From assembly GCA_003707115.1 (NCBI GenBank), contig PPNB01000002.1:310001-374000 (forward strand): 64,000 nucleotides of DNA. Reading direction: 5' to 3'. The stretch comes from Tortispora ganteri (Eukaryota). The notes under the pieces were generated by a model, which searched no databases, was not told where the DNA came from, and was given only the letters and a program-made list of their open reading frames with translations. This document shows positions 51,001-61,201 of the stretch, piece by piece. The translations under genes were made by a program, and so were the position numbers. Each line of letters starts with the position of its first letter. Within the stretch, counting starts at the first letter, position 1.

Positions 51001-51575
51001 CTGCGGACACAATGTCTATATCATTTTTGAAATCTATGCTGTGCATGGGATGCTCAAAAGGATTTGAAATTGTTTCACTTGAGACTTTAGAGACTCAGAG
51101 CCTGCTTGACCCTGCAGATACATCGCTTGAGTTTGTTATTAGGAGAGAGACGTTAAAACCGTTGGCTATATACCGACTGAATGGAGACTTTTTACTGAAC
51201 TATACGGATTTTTCATTTTTTGTTAATAGGAATGGATGGAGATCAAGATCAGACTGGATTATTAATTGGGAAGGGCTTCCTCAGGCTTTTTCATTATGCT
51301 ATCCATATATTTTAGCGTTTGAACCGAATTTTGTTGAGATAAGGCACGTTGAAAGTGGATCTCTGGTTCAGATCATTGCTGGGGAGAATATCAGATTTTT
51401 ACACGACAAGACAAGATTTTTACATGATCAAACAAGAGAGATACTTTATGCGTATGAAGATGAAAACGGGAAAGATGTTGTTGCTTCATTGGATTTTTGG
51501 GAAACCGGGCAAAATCAACATCAAAATTTGCATCAACAGTATCCTTCACCACAGCAGAGTAAACATCAGCAATGA
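48027..51575 (+). CDS. ROM2: Rho1 guanine nucleotide exchange factor (DEP-DH-PH-CNH)
   Basis: VYPALLSKVA, ALDAQKFIHDVTYDHRLRD (DEP); ERKRQEVICE..TERDYVKDL and KPTSRLARYPLLL (DH); C-terminal CNH domain. Confidence 0.93.
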   Translation: MSSSHLDETPRHRAQVEAAFSSIFGAVPPPGRTVSSSSSSSTPGSPLESNHVFQHPSHGKRLSGHTPPSLALAPNDPSQVKSGPRPTSLHSAGLPTRVVTDSFPSATSSAAIPPQPRSALPSLYTNYNQQQERSTISPPTNTGPPISAGPTSSHALRSLSQTTNWRRSFDRVVSAEFISPRLSSDSFREGLPINDARAPSQPLSYSRQSSSSSMGPGSSPSTELSNAPPMRSSSNGTQLLKASTAVTNQKHSLVYPALLSKVAEAFENRIITGERNKNSLTYTKAFTGAEAVDALAHIIKTSDRNLALLLGRALDAQKFIHDVTYDHRLRDTHNEVYQFRERTFDEDASTTGVNGVFTLLSECYSPTCSRDRLCYSIACPRRLEQQARLMLKIQPGLKRNESRSSIHGEETEKKLWIYSVPKDVADSVSDKERKRQEVICEFMYTERDYVKDLEYLRDCWMKPLRRGTIIAEHRREKFIRAVFANILDIHAVNVKLAEALTKRQQQNPVVREVGDIIIEYAKNFEPYIQYGANQVYGKYEFEREKASNPVFAKFVDETERLKESRKLELNGYLTKPTSRLARYPLLLDAILKNTSADSPDQINIPKAVEIVRSFLTRLNAETGKAENRFNLLQLNQSLVFRPGEHFDLKLTEENRQLIFKGFLKKRMQDAQADIQAFLFDHSLLFVRVKNVNKREQLKVHRKPVPLELLVISQYENATSKLALAKRPSTSLIHAGRSAQGSKIETSNTKYPLSFVHLGRRGYELTLYAPTFVSQKKWMEHIEAQQKKLRERSGVYAKHILSSSFFDSQERVNCAIPFDGSRKLLYGTDHGIFWSEMRVKPGTIAQKPAKIVAMTNVSQIELLEEYGMMLVLADKTLYSFPLDAVLEATISSSGSPTSISVKSSSTNSGLSVHDMAALSRRAKKVVGHINFFRAGICLGQLFVCTVKSGSMTSTVRVWEPADHLNKGKKQPALKKLLQNQSETLKLYKEFYIPADTMSISFLKSMLCMGCSKGFEIVSLETLETQSLLDPADTSLEFVIRRETLKPLAIYRLNGDFLLNYTDFSFFVNRNGWRSRSDWIINWEGLPQAFSLCYPYILAFEPNFVEIRHVESGSLVQIIAGENIRFLHDKTRFLHDQTREILYAYEDENGKDVVASLDFWETGQNQHQNLHQQYPSPQQSKHQQ
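51393..51434 (+). repeat. 21-bp imperfect in-frame tandem duplication (RFLHDKT/RFLHDQT)
   Basis: AGATTTTTACACGACAAGACA followed by AGATTTTTACATGATCAAACA. Confidence 0.85.
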
Positions 51576-53670
51576 ATGTGCAAATAATTGATATTGCCAA
51601 GAAAATTATTGATACAAATGTTTTGAGTGTACTGGTATTTTCTTGTTCTTTATTTTTACTGATTGATGAAGTTGCTTCTAACTTCTATTGCAAAGTTGAA
51701 GAACGGAATTATAGCTATTTAAAGAGGATAGTATATCTCCAATTATAATAGCGCAAGTTCATTTTTACTAGGCAAAAATAAAACAGAGATAATAATTTCT
51801 ATTTGACCTTGAATGTACTGTTTTAAGAACTCAGTACATGCTTTGGTGCAATGACCTGTGGGGCCGTTTAAACAGTTCACAGATTAGTGAGCAATGAACA
51901 TAGTCAATTCTCCAAAGAGATGGGTAAATAGAAGAGTTAAAATTTGCAGGCTTGAAGATTTATTTGGCATATGCTTGTCAGTATTAATGAAAAAAACGTG
52001 CACCTTAGCGTTGTAACACAAGAAATATCAAGATAAGCTTCAGAATTAAAATTTAAATACATTTCTCTTTGAATATAACGACCCTGGTAATTTGCATGGC
52101 GCAAAACTCTATACGGATTTGACAAAAAGCAAATCTAAATCACTTAAGCCATTTTTTTAGATTTAGCCGACCAAATTGAAAGAAGCATAAGATATGTTAA
52201 GAGAACGACAGTATGGTAATGGATTGATGATATAGCAAAGGATCGATCATACGGTAAGTGGTTGTTGGGGCGATGCGATCGATCTTCTTGGTTCACCAAC
52301 AACCTTAAACAACTTTAAGTCGATAAAGTCAATTCATTTCAGTAACTAAAATTAATTAGCTAAAGTTTATTGATAGTCACTTGTAGTTTTAGAGAGTATA
52401 GATTCTTATTTAGGTATTAATAACGATCATACGATATGCTAACACCTAAAGTATAAAGCATAGCCGGATTCTTTAATTTCAGAAGATATTAAAACTCATT
52501 TCGCGATCAACGCATATCAAAGTTTTACCAAAATACTCCTAAACTCATTTTAGAACGTTTAATGCAGAACAATCTTTGATTTGAATTAAGTAACTGGTAG
52601 TATATTACAGGGTAGAACTTGTTAAGTCAAATTGTGATCTCCAGTAACGAAAATGGAAAAACAAGGCTAATTATAGTTAAGTCCGTTTTTTTCTCCGGTT
52701 CCTGTTTGTTTTTCCCAATATAGCTAAAGTTATTATTTATAGATTGAATTCAACAACTTTAAGCAACTAACAAAAAGGGGAACGGCTTACTAGTAATAAT
52801 AATATACAAGATGAGTTTAGATTCGATTCAAATGTATCATATTTGCTTATTATATAGTATTATATAGTAAATTGGTGAGTAAAGCAAATGTGTACAATCG
52901 AAATTGATCGAAAGATAAAGTGTAGTTAATCGACTCCTTTACGCTTTCGTTGCTGAAAACAGACTGTCTTTGCCAGAAAACCGCTTTCGCCGAAAATTGC
53001 TCTAACTTAAATATGTTAACCTTACCTCTTTTGACTCGGACAGATAATAATTTAAGGTACAAATGCATACCAGAAAAGAGAATGCTCCAAGTATCTGGCT
53101 TATGTAGAAGCTAATCTGTTGATTAAACCTATCAGTAAATTATTTCAAGTTTCGATCGCATCGAAAGCAGTTAAAAGATAAATTAACCTGTATTGCAACG
53201 TTTCACTGACGACTGAGAATTTTCCGATTGCCTTTCTTTCCCGAAAAGAAGCTTTTACCTATCGCGGCTCGGTTATCACCGACTTAGATTATATCTCATC
53301 ACCCTACAAACTGAAGGAGGAATAAGCTATGACTTATACCTCACTGTTAACCCATATAAAACTTTATCCGACTTAAACTTAAGGGTAACTTTGCTTTCTG
53401 TTTCTGTCTGCTCTTCCTTACTCATACTATTAGCCTTTACTTTTAACTCTTGACCGCCTGTTACCTTTTAACAGAATCCCACATCCCCCTTGCTTTTTAC
53501 CTTTCTCCTTACACTGTTTACTTTTTCTTTGAACCAACTTAGTTAACTACATTGATTAAGCCCCCGTTCAATTAAGTCCTGCACCTTTATGTTGCCTTTT
53601 GTATTTCTACTGTTGATTAGTCATTAATTTCTTCATAGTACACTCTTTCTTCCCTTTTTACTATCGATCT

Positions 53671-53692
53671 CCCCTCCCCCACCCTTCCCCCC
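53671..53692 (-). other. Canonical G-quadruplex-forming motif
   Basis: Minus strand reads GGGGGG-AA-GGG-T-GGGGG-A-GGGG. Confidence 0.6.
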
Positions 53693-54589
53693 GCTTTCGG
53701 TACCTTTGCGCCAGTAGCACGTTCCATTTCACTTCAAATCTGTGTAACTGAAACTAGCACATTCGCCCGTTTTCGATTGTATATTTTTTTCAGGTACCAG
53801 ATATATTTCCCGCTTTTTTTTTATTCACTGGTTCCTTTCCGCAACCTTACTACTCAGGCTTTTTAACAACAGTATTTTCACATCCCACTGCTTCGATCTA
53901 ATCACATCCGAAAGGTGGGCAATTACCCACGGTACTAAACTGAGAATATAACCCGAGAGACTTTCTCTAGTAATATCGCAGTCAAGTCAAAGTTTTCGCA
54001 GAGTTAATTGTATTTCTATTGTCAGAATTCCTCACCAAGCGATCTCTTATATAAAATCGCTAATATTAAGAGTACAAAAAGAAGTGGCATCTCCAATTGT
54101 TGGACAACTAGTTATATGCCAACTGTCTTTTCTTTTATTATTATCGTCCTCTTCAGAAACTACATCTTAACATCGTTTTTTGATTTGCAATTATTCTAAA
54201 AATTTTTGCAATAGTTTCATATTGTTTGTCTATCCACATTCATTAAACTTAAGACTGAGATTCATATACTCATTTGCGAGCAAACGTGAGACAAAAAGGA
54301 GTAAAACCTTACACTTTATTTACTACACAGTTTTTATTCACTTGAACTACCAATTGTTTCTGATATAGTCGCAAATTTTTTTTTTTTATTGTTGGGTAGT
54401 TTTTGATTTTTGAAATTATTACCTTTAACGAGCTAAAGCGACTAGTCTCTTACCCGTTTGCTCTGACACCGTTATTTGTTTAGTGCTTTTAATTTCCTAC
54501 TTTTCTGATCGAATCGGATAACTGAGTTTGTCGAGTACCCCTTCATCATTATTAGCTTCTGATAGCTACTCAAATACCGTCTTCCCAAA

Positions 54590-55804
54590 TTGTCCGAAGT
54601 AAATCAAGCAAACACTGAAGAGGAGGGCCAACTTGCCTCCGGCCTGCCTTTACAATCATCACTGTCTAATGATGGTACCGGTAACTCTTCTGTAGCTCGC
54701 ATGAGCTTGGCTAATTTAACTAATCCAGAGCCTTCATTGACTGGTCCCTCTGAACAACAGCAAGAAACACAAAAGCTACAGCAACCACTATCTTCGATGC
54801 CTTTACAATCTTTGCTATCCGCGGAACATGGTACTGGTATTTCTCCTTCTACTTCTGTTTTCCCCTCTGATTCTATGACTTCTTCCGCACCTTTGACAAC
54901 TGCGGATAGTTCTACAGGGCGAATTGATACCGCTGCTCCAATGCTAGCCTCTAACCGCCTAGCTACGTCTGAGTTGGAGTCGGATGTAATTAAGCGACGC
55001 AAACGGACAGAGTACAGTGCAACAGCTGATACCAATATGCCACCTAATTTCCCTGGGGCACTATTTAAACAGGTTAGTACCTCTGGAAACAAGAAGCAAT
55101 GTCCGGAATGTTTTGGATATTTTGTAGATTTGGACACACATAGACAAAGTCACTTAGACGACAAGAAACGCTCCTATATCTGCAAAGTTTGCGAACGTGG
55201 ATTTGCTAGGCCTAATGATCTGGCCAGGCATAATCGAGTGCATCAAGATTCCGCTAGTTTTGTGTGTCCTTTCAGAGCAAAAGATCCTACTTGTCATCTG
55301 ACAGGCGAGTTTTCCAGAGTGGACACTTATAAGAATCATCTGCGTGCGTGGCATTTCAAGTATCCACCTAGCACTAGGAGAAAGGATAGACAGAACTGTT
55401 GGGGTCGATGTGCTGGCTGTGGTGAATACTTCAACAACCCAGATCTATGGATAACTCTGCATATTGATATGCATAATTGTCCAGCTTTAAATTCGCAGAA
55501 TCTTGCTACTAATACAGCCATGGCAGTTCCTCAAGCCCCGGCTTCAATTCCTATCTCAGGATCAGCACCATCGACTGCCACTATTGGAAGCATGCCTATT
55601 GCTGCCTTATCGGGAACTCTCGTACCTAGACCCGTTTCCTCAGCGGTCCCTGCTCCTATAACGAATCATATACCTGGACTCAGCCATTCCTCTACAGGTT
55701 CTGCGAATACATATTCAGCCGTCAATGCAAGCAGTACTCGCGAGAAAGATCTACCATCTTCTTCTTCTGTTTCTACGCTGAATCCTCAAAATACTTCTCG
55801 ATGA
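54590..55804 (+). CDS. C2H2 zinc-finger transcription factor, Stp3/Stp4 family (first in-frame ATG 54701; possible UUG start 54590)
   Basis: CPECFGYFVDLDTHRQSH, CKVCERGFARPNDLARH, CHLTGEFSRVDTYKNHLRAWHFKYPP and GRCAGC..WITLH match the Stp-family finger array. Confidence 0.85.
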   Translation: MSEVNQANTEEEGQLASGLPLQSSLSNDGTGNSSVARMSLANLTNPEPSLTGPSEQQQETQKLQQPLSSMPLQSLLSAEHGTGISPSTSVFPSDSMTSSAPLTTADSSTGRIDTAAPMLASNRLATSELESDVIKRRKRTEYSATADTNMPPNFPGALFKQVSTSGNKKQCPECFGYFVDLDTHRQSHLDDKKRSYICKVCERGFARPNDLARHNRVHQDSASFVCPFRAKDPTCHLTGEFSRVDTYKNHLRAWHFKYPPSTRRKDRQNCWGRCAGCGEYFNNPDLWITLHIDMHNCPALNSQNLATNTAMAVPQAPASIPISGSAPSTATIGSMPIAALSGTLVPRPVSSAVPAPITNHIPGLSHSSTGSANTYSAVNASSTREKDLPSSSSVSTLNPQNTSR

Positions 55805-56356
55805 CATTTATTTTGAGCTATGCTCATATTGAAAGTTTCTTCATTTATAAATATGTCCAATTATTGATCACAACTATGTGATTTTTTTCGCTGCTAGCTT
55901 AAATGTTGAGTCATGGGCTCTCCTTATCTTTGCATTTATTTGTTTGGAAGTACTATACTGGATATAAGTTGTGTTGGATCATTACCCAAATGAAATATAG
56001 CAGAATAGCGGATTAAATTGAGTATTGGTATACTCATGACTACAAAAATGCATTATTGCTGTAAAATATTGCAAGAAAATGTCAAATATATTATTTTATC
56101 AGCTACGTAATGGCTTTATCAGAGGATAGTCGCTAGCTGCGGTAATCGATCCATCACAGTAAACTGATCAGAAAGATATTACTTGCAGTTTCGATAAGCC
56201 ATCCATGTTTCAATATATGACGAATCTTTTAATTATTTGCCATTTATTAACTAATTTAACTAGATATACAGTTTAATAATAATATTTATTGTTTCTGAAT
56301 AACTTATAAGTATGACCTACCTTTCAATTACCATGGTACGTGTTAATCCGCGGTCA

Positions 56357-56455
56357 CCCCGCGTAAGGTCTATTGGGCAGTTCCGTAAAAGGTAATTCCC
56401 CCCACTTCTCCCGCACTCACCCCGATACCGTGCATTCACCGGTTTCACTGCGGGG
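56357..56455. promoter_or_regulatory. Mig1/CreA-type SYGGGG boxes upstream of the acyl-CoA synthetase
   Basis: CCCCGC 56357, CCCCAC 56400, GCGGGG 56450. Confidence 0.45.
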
Positions 56456-56601
56456 AGAAAATCCAAATTGTCATAGCGTCCTTTTCATATTTATAAGACC
56501 CTTTAAGACTCTTGTCGTTTGTGCACCTGTTCTGGAGGGTTTTTTTTTTCTGGTTTTGCGTTACTTATTTGAATCTGTTTATTCTGTTTTATTCGTTTGT
56601 A

Positions 56602-58560
56602 ATGCTAGTTGTTTCTATTTCGCGGTCTGCTTTAAGATCACCAGTTCGCTGTGTGACTTTACCCCAGGTTTTGCATGCATCATTCACATATACTCGCCCC
56701 TCAATTTCAAGGGCTATAATACCCTCTGTAGCTGCTAGAAGATATCGCTCTAGTGTACCAGATTCATTTCACAAGCCACTTCCTGGGAAATCCTACGTGA
56801 TCGGGTCTGCTGAGCCGCCATTGATCGAAAAGTGTTATGGCGATTTCTTTCGCGAAATCGCCAAAGAAAATGGCGACCTTCCAGCTATTATATCGCAGAT
56901 CGATGATCGCTCTTTCACATATGCGGAAATTGACAACATTGCAGATAATGTCGCTAAAAATCTCATAGATCAAACAGGTATTAAGCCCGGAGACCGTGTC
57001 GCAATTATGGCTGGAAACTGCTGGGAATATGGTATGCTAATTGTCGCTTTAGCTAGATCTGGTGCAGTAACCGTTCCGATTAATCCTTCTTACACGGCAA
57101 CTCAGCTTCGCAGCGCACTCGAAAACTGTGAGGCTAGTATCTTAATCACACAAGGATATCTATCACGTGGCTCCCGCCTGGCTCCTCGCGAGTCCACCGG
57201 ACTCCTGGAAGACTGTTTTATTGGAAACAACCCCGTTTCCTTTTTGAAAGGTGTTTACTTACTAGGAAAACTCCCTGATTGTCTTTCGACTAATGAAAAA
57301 TTGAAACCATTCTCAGAACTCCTGAAGGAGCCTTCTCCTGCAGCTACCCTACCCGATTCATTGGATCCGGATGATGTAGTCAACATGCAGTTCACTTCTG
57401 GTACAACTTCAGCCCCAAAAATTGCCTCACTTTCTCATCGTTCTTTTGTCAATAATGGTTTCCTTATAGGAACCCGCATGGAACTTCGCGCCCGTGATTG
57501 TTTACCTTCGCACAAGGGCATCCAAGGCGGCGGCCCACATCATCAAGATCGCATATGCCTTGCTCCACCAATGTTCCATTGCTTTGGTCTAGTTCTTGGA
57601 TTAACAGCTGCATTTACACACGGTGCTTGCATTGTTTATCCTTCTGAATCTTTTGATCCTGTTGCCTGCGTTAATGCCGTAAGAAAATACAACTGCACGG
57701 CTATGTACGGCGTACCGGCGATGTTTATTGCCTATATTGAACACCTCGAAACTGACCCGCTTGGCTTAAAGGGTATGGAGCAGCTCAGAACTGGAATTGC
57801 GGCTGGCTCTTCGGTTCCTTCTGAAATTATGAACCGTATTATTGATAAGATCGGTATCAACGAACTAGTCATCTGTTACGGCATGACAGAGACTGCTCCT
57901 GTCAGTTTTATGACTACTCCTCATCATTCTTTTGAAAAACGAACTGAAACTTGCGGCACCATTATGCCTCATACTCATGGCATGATTGTTCATCCGGGCT
58001 CTACTACCGGTGACAAGTCAGTTATCAATGACCCGTTACCTGTGAATACTCCCGGAGAGGTTGCTATTTCTGGCTACTTGTTGCAGAAGCACTACCACAA
58101 TGATCCTGCTAAAACAGATGAAGTTATGGTTTATGATCGCAATGATAGGCGCTGGATGTTGACTGGTGATGAGGGAATTATCGATGATGATGGATTTCTA
58201 CGCATAACTGGCCGTATTAAGGATTTAATTATTCGTGGAGGCGAAAACATCCACCCTTTAGAAATCGAAAATGCACTTTTGGCCCACGACAAAATATCCG
58301 ATGCTAGTGTCGTCGCAGTGCCAGATGACAAATATGGCGAAGCAGTTGGAGCTTTTATTATTGTTCATCCTAAAGACAAAGATTCTCCTCCTACTATAGA
58401 AGATCTTCAAGAATTCTGCAAGGTTCACTTGTCTCACTTCATGATTCCAAAATATTTCTTTTTTGCCGATGATTTCCCTCGAACTGTATCTGGAAAGATT
58501 CGCAAGGTTGATCTTCGACGGATTGCCGTAGAACGCCTGGAAAAGGGCGACGTTAATTAA
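56602..58560 (+). CDS. Mitochondrial acyl-CoA synthetase (ACSF2/YngI-like)
   Basis: Arg/Ser-rich presequence from ATG 56602; QFTSGTTSAPK, MFHCFGLVLG, YGMTETAPVSF, TGD, GRIKDLIIRGGENIHP, TVSGKIRK. Confidence 0.9.
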   Translation: MLVVSISRSALRSPVRCVTLPQVLHASFTYTRPSISRAIIPSVAARRYRSSVPDSFHKPLPGKSYVIGSAEPPLIEKCYGDFFREIAKENGDLPAIISQIDDRSFTYAEIDNIADNVAKNLIDQTGIKPGDRVAIMAGNCWEYGMLIVALARSGAVTVPINPSYTATQLRSALENCEASILITQGYLSRGSRLAPRESTGLLEDCFIGNNPVSFLKGVYLLGKLPDCLSTNEKLKPFSELLKEPSPAATLPDSLDPDDVVNMQFTSGTTSAPKIASLSHRSFVNNGFLIGTRMELRARDCLPSHKGIQGGGPHHQDRICLAPPMFHCFGLVLGLTAAFTHGACIVYPSESFDPVACVNAVRKYNCTAMYGVPAMFIAYIEHLETDPLGLKGMEQLRTGIAAGSSVPSEIMNRIIDKIGINELVICYGMTETAPVSFMTTPHHSFEKRTETCGTIMPHTHGMIVHPGSTTGDKSVINDPLPVNTPGEVAISGYLLQKHYHNDPAKTDEVMVYDRNDRRWMLTGDEGIIDDDGFLRITGRIKDLIIRGGENIHPLEIENALLAHDKISDASVVAVPDDKYGEAVGAFIIVHPKDKDSPPTIEDLQEFCKVHLSHFMIPKYFFFADDFPRTVSGKIRKVDLRRIAVERLEKGDVN

Positions 58561-58674
58561 CCCTTTCTGTATGTGGTATGATATTTTACTTTCTGTTGTT
58601 TTGTAGGTGAAATAAAAGAAACTTTTTCTGCTTTGTGTTATTCAAATGTATACTTATCATATTAGATCGTTAAA

Positions 58675-60783
58675 CTACTCTTCCGCATCTTCGAATTCAA
58701 TCAGTTCAGTTCCTTGCTTGACAAGAGAACCCGGTCCATGAGGAACACGTTTAACAACACCGTCAATGGGACTACGAATGGTAGTTTCCATCTTCATAGA
58801 TTCTATGATGATCAAGATGTCGTCTTTTTTGACAGATTGTCCTGCCTCAACGTGAATCTTAGTGACTTTGCAAGGCATAGGTGCAACAACAGAATTAGCA
58901 GGTCCAGCTTTCCCACCAAGAGCTACGCTCACCCATTCAGGCTCCACTATAGCTAAACGGTTATGACGGCCTTGGTCAAAAATATGAAGCAATCTGGATG
59001 CACCAGGCATTGCTGCTGCACCACCTTCAGGTGAGGTTTCTGTGAGACCTGGAGCAACAAACGTGTTTAATGCTTGTCTCAAACCAGTCTTGAAAAAGAG
59101 TTTATTTCCAGGAAGAAGACGGGCTTCAATATCCAGTTTCTCGCCGTTAACTTCAGCAACAAATTTATCTGCATCAATTTGCAGAACTGTAACTTCAACA
59201 GGATCTGCTTCAGTAGAAAGGTCTTGGAGAGCAATCTTACGATTCTGTATGTTGGTCCATGGAGAAGGAGGTGCCGTGAAAAAGGCAGATGTAAGAGTCT
59301 TAGACTTCTGTTCAGTGAGAATAGCACCAATTGCAGCCTGCGCATAAACGTCATTTCTAACAGGAGGGATTCGAGCAAGTTCTTCCGCGTGGTTAGGAAT
59401 GAAACCAGTTTCCAGACCTGATGGTTCTTCTCCGCCAAAAGCTTCTGTTTTCAAGATACGCTTGACAAAATCAATATTGGTAACAGGACCAACAATTTCA
59501 AGTTCATCTAGGGCTCTTAGCATTTTATTAATAGCCTCACCTCTGTCGCGTCCGTGGACAATGAGCTTTCCAATCATAGGGTCGTAAAGGGGAGATACTG
59601 TAGATCCACTTTCAAAAGTAATGTCCAGTCTTGGCGAGCCGCTAGTAGGCTTCTGAAGGTGAAATATTTTTCCAGAAGACGGCAGAAATCCCTTATCCGG
59701 GTCTTCACAGTATATACGAGTTTCAAATGCATGACCAGTGATGCTGATCTGTTCTTGTGATTTCGGGAGCGGGAAACCTGCAGCGACAAGCAATTGCCAT
59801 TCAACAAGATCAACATTAGTGACAGATTCAGTCACAGGATGCTCAACTTGAAGACGAGTATTCATTTCCATAAAGTAAAATTTACCTGATTCATTGTCAA
59901 AAATGAATTCGACTGTGCCGGCTCCTTGGTATCCTACAGCACGAGCAGCGTCGCGTGCCTTAGCCCACAAGTCGTGGCGGGTAGCGAGGTCTAATCCAGG
60001 AGCGGGAGATTCTTCGAGGATTTTCTGATGGCGTCGCTGAACAGAGCAGTCACGCTCTCCTAAAGCAACAACATTACCGTGATTGTCTGCAAATACTTGA
60101 ACTTCTACGTGACGAGGCACAGCAATGTACTTCTCAACAAGGACACGGTCGTCGCCAAAAGCAGAACGAGCTTCAGACTTAGCACTTTCCAGTTGAGATA
60201 AAAACTCCTCTTTTGAGTTGACAATACGCATACCCTTTCCACCACCACCAAGAACAGCTTTAATAAGGACCGGGTATGTGATTTCTTCTGCCTTTTTAGC
60301 GAGGAAATTGACGTCCTGGTTCTCACCATGATATCCAGGAACACAAGGAACGCCTGCCGCTTCCATGATCTCTTTTGAGCGTGATTTAGAACCCATAGCT
60401 TCAATAGCGCCCTGCGGAGGACCAACGAAGATCAGGCCTGCATCGCGCACCTTCTTAGCAAATATAGCATTTTCAGATAAGAATCCGTATCCTGGATGTA
60501 TTGCCTCAGAGTTTGTTTCCTTTGCAAGACGAATAATTTCATCCATTTTTAGGTAGCCATCCGACGCAGAGCCGATACTGGCATTTGTGGGACCTTCAGT
60601 AGCGAAAGGTAATTCGGAGTCTGGCTCAGTGTAGATTGCGGTCACTTTTATACCCATATTGGCGGCAGTATCTGCTACTCTATGAGTGATTTCACCACGA
60701 TTTGCTACCATTACAGATCGCAATGGTTTTGCAGAGTGGGCTACTGCCGATGATGAGTATTTTCTAGCTAGACGAAGAACCAT
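58675..60783 (-). CDS. MCC1: 3-methylcrotonyl-CoA carboxylase alpha (biotin-containing) subunit
   Basis: VANRGEI, HPGYGFLSEN, GGGGKGMR, ERDCSVQRRHQK, EMNTRLQVEHPVTE, biotinyl ESMKME; presequence MVLRLARKYSS from ATG 60783. PCC-alpha is less likely but not excluded. Confidence 0.82.
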   Translation of the reverse strand: MVLRLARKYSSSAVAHSAKPLRSVMVANRGEITHRVADTAANMGIKVTAIYTEPDSELPFATEGPTNASIGSASDGYLKMDEIIRLAKETNSEAIHPGYGFLSENAIFAKKVRDAGLIFVGPPQGAIEAMGSKSRSKEIMEAAGVPCVPGYHGENQDVNFLAKKAEEITYPVLIKAVLGGGGKGMRIVNSKEEFLSQLESAKSEARSAFGDDRVLVEKYIAVPRHVEVQVFADNHGNVVALGERDCSVQRRHQKILEESPAPGLDLATRHDLWAKARDAARAVGYQGAGTVEFIFDNESGKFYFMEMNTRLQVEHPVTESVTNVDLVEWQLLVAAGFPLPKSQEQISITGHAFETRIYCEDPDKGFLPSSGKIFHLQKPTSGSPRLDITFESGSTVSPLYDPMIGKLIVHGRDRGEAINKMLRALDELEIVGPVTNIDFVKRILKTEAFGGEEPSGLETGFIPNHAEELARIPPVRNDVYAQAAIGAILTEQKSKTLTSAFFTAPPSPWTNIQNRKIALQDLSTEADPVEVTVLQIDADKFVAEVNGEKLDIEARLLPGNKLFFKTGLRQALNTFVAPGLTETSPEGGAAAMPGASRLLHIFDQGRHNRLAIVEPEWVSVALGGKAGPANSVVAPMPCKVTKIHVEAGQSVKKDDILIIIESMKMETTIRSPIDGVVKRVPHGPGSLVKQGTELIEFEDAEE

Positions 60784-61201
60784 GACAAAAACAATATGGG
60801 GTATAGAAGTCGGTTTGAGGTGCAAAGAAATTCTAGTAGATCCTCAAAAGTTACAAAATGGATGTTTAACCAAAAAGAAGAAAAAAAAATTCAATCAGTA
60901 ACTGGTCTTTGCTTTGAATTAAAAAAATTTGTAATAAAGAAAAGATACAAAAGAATGAACAAGTCTTGAGTTATAGGAGCTAATATAGTCGAAAAAATGT
61001 GGGGAATAAAGCTTAATCAAGTTCCGGCGTTTGCACGGCACCTAATGTAGGTGGGAATCACGACGGCCTTTAGGTGGAGCAAAAGTGATAAGCAGTTCTT
61101 GGTGCATTTGATACAATTTTAATTATATATAAGTCACGGTATAAATTATAGCCAACAAACTGAGTTATTGTAGGTATAACATGAAAAAGAGGTATTGTAT
61201 C

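Noticed and set aside
51576..54589. Centromere, LTR or transposon remnant in the 3-kb gap
   Set aside because: No CDEI/II/III, TG..CA LTR pair, terminal inverted repeats or transposase/pol remnants recognised; a regional centromere cannot be judged from sequence alone.
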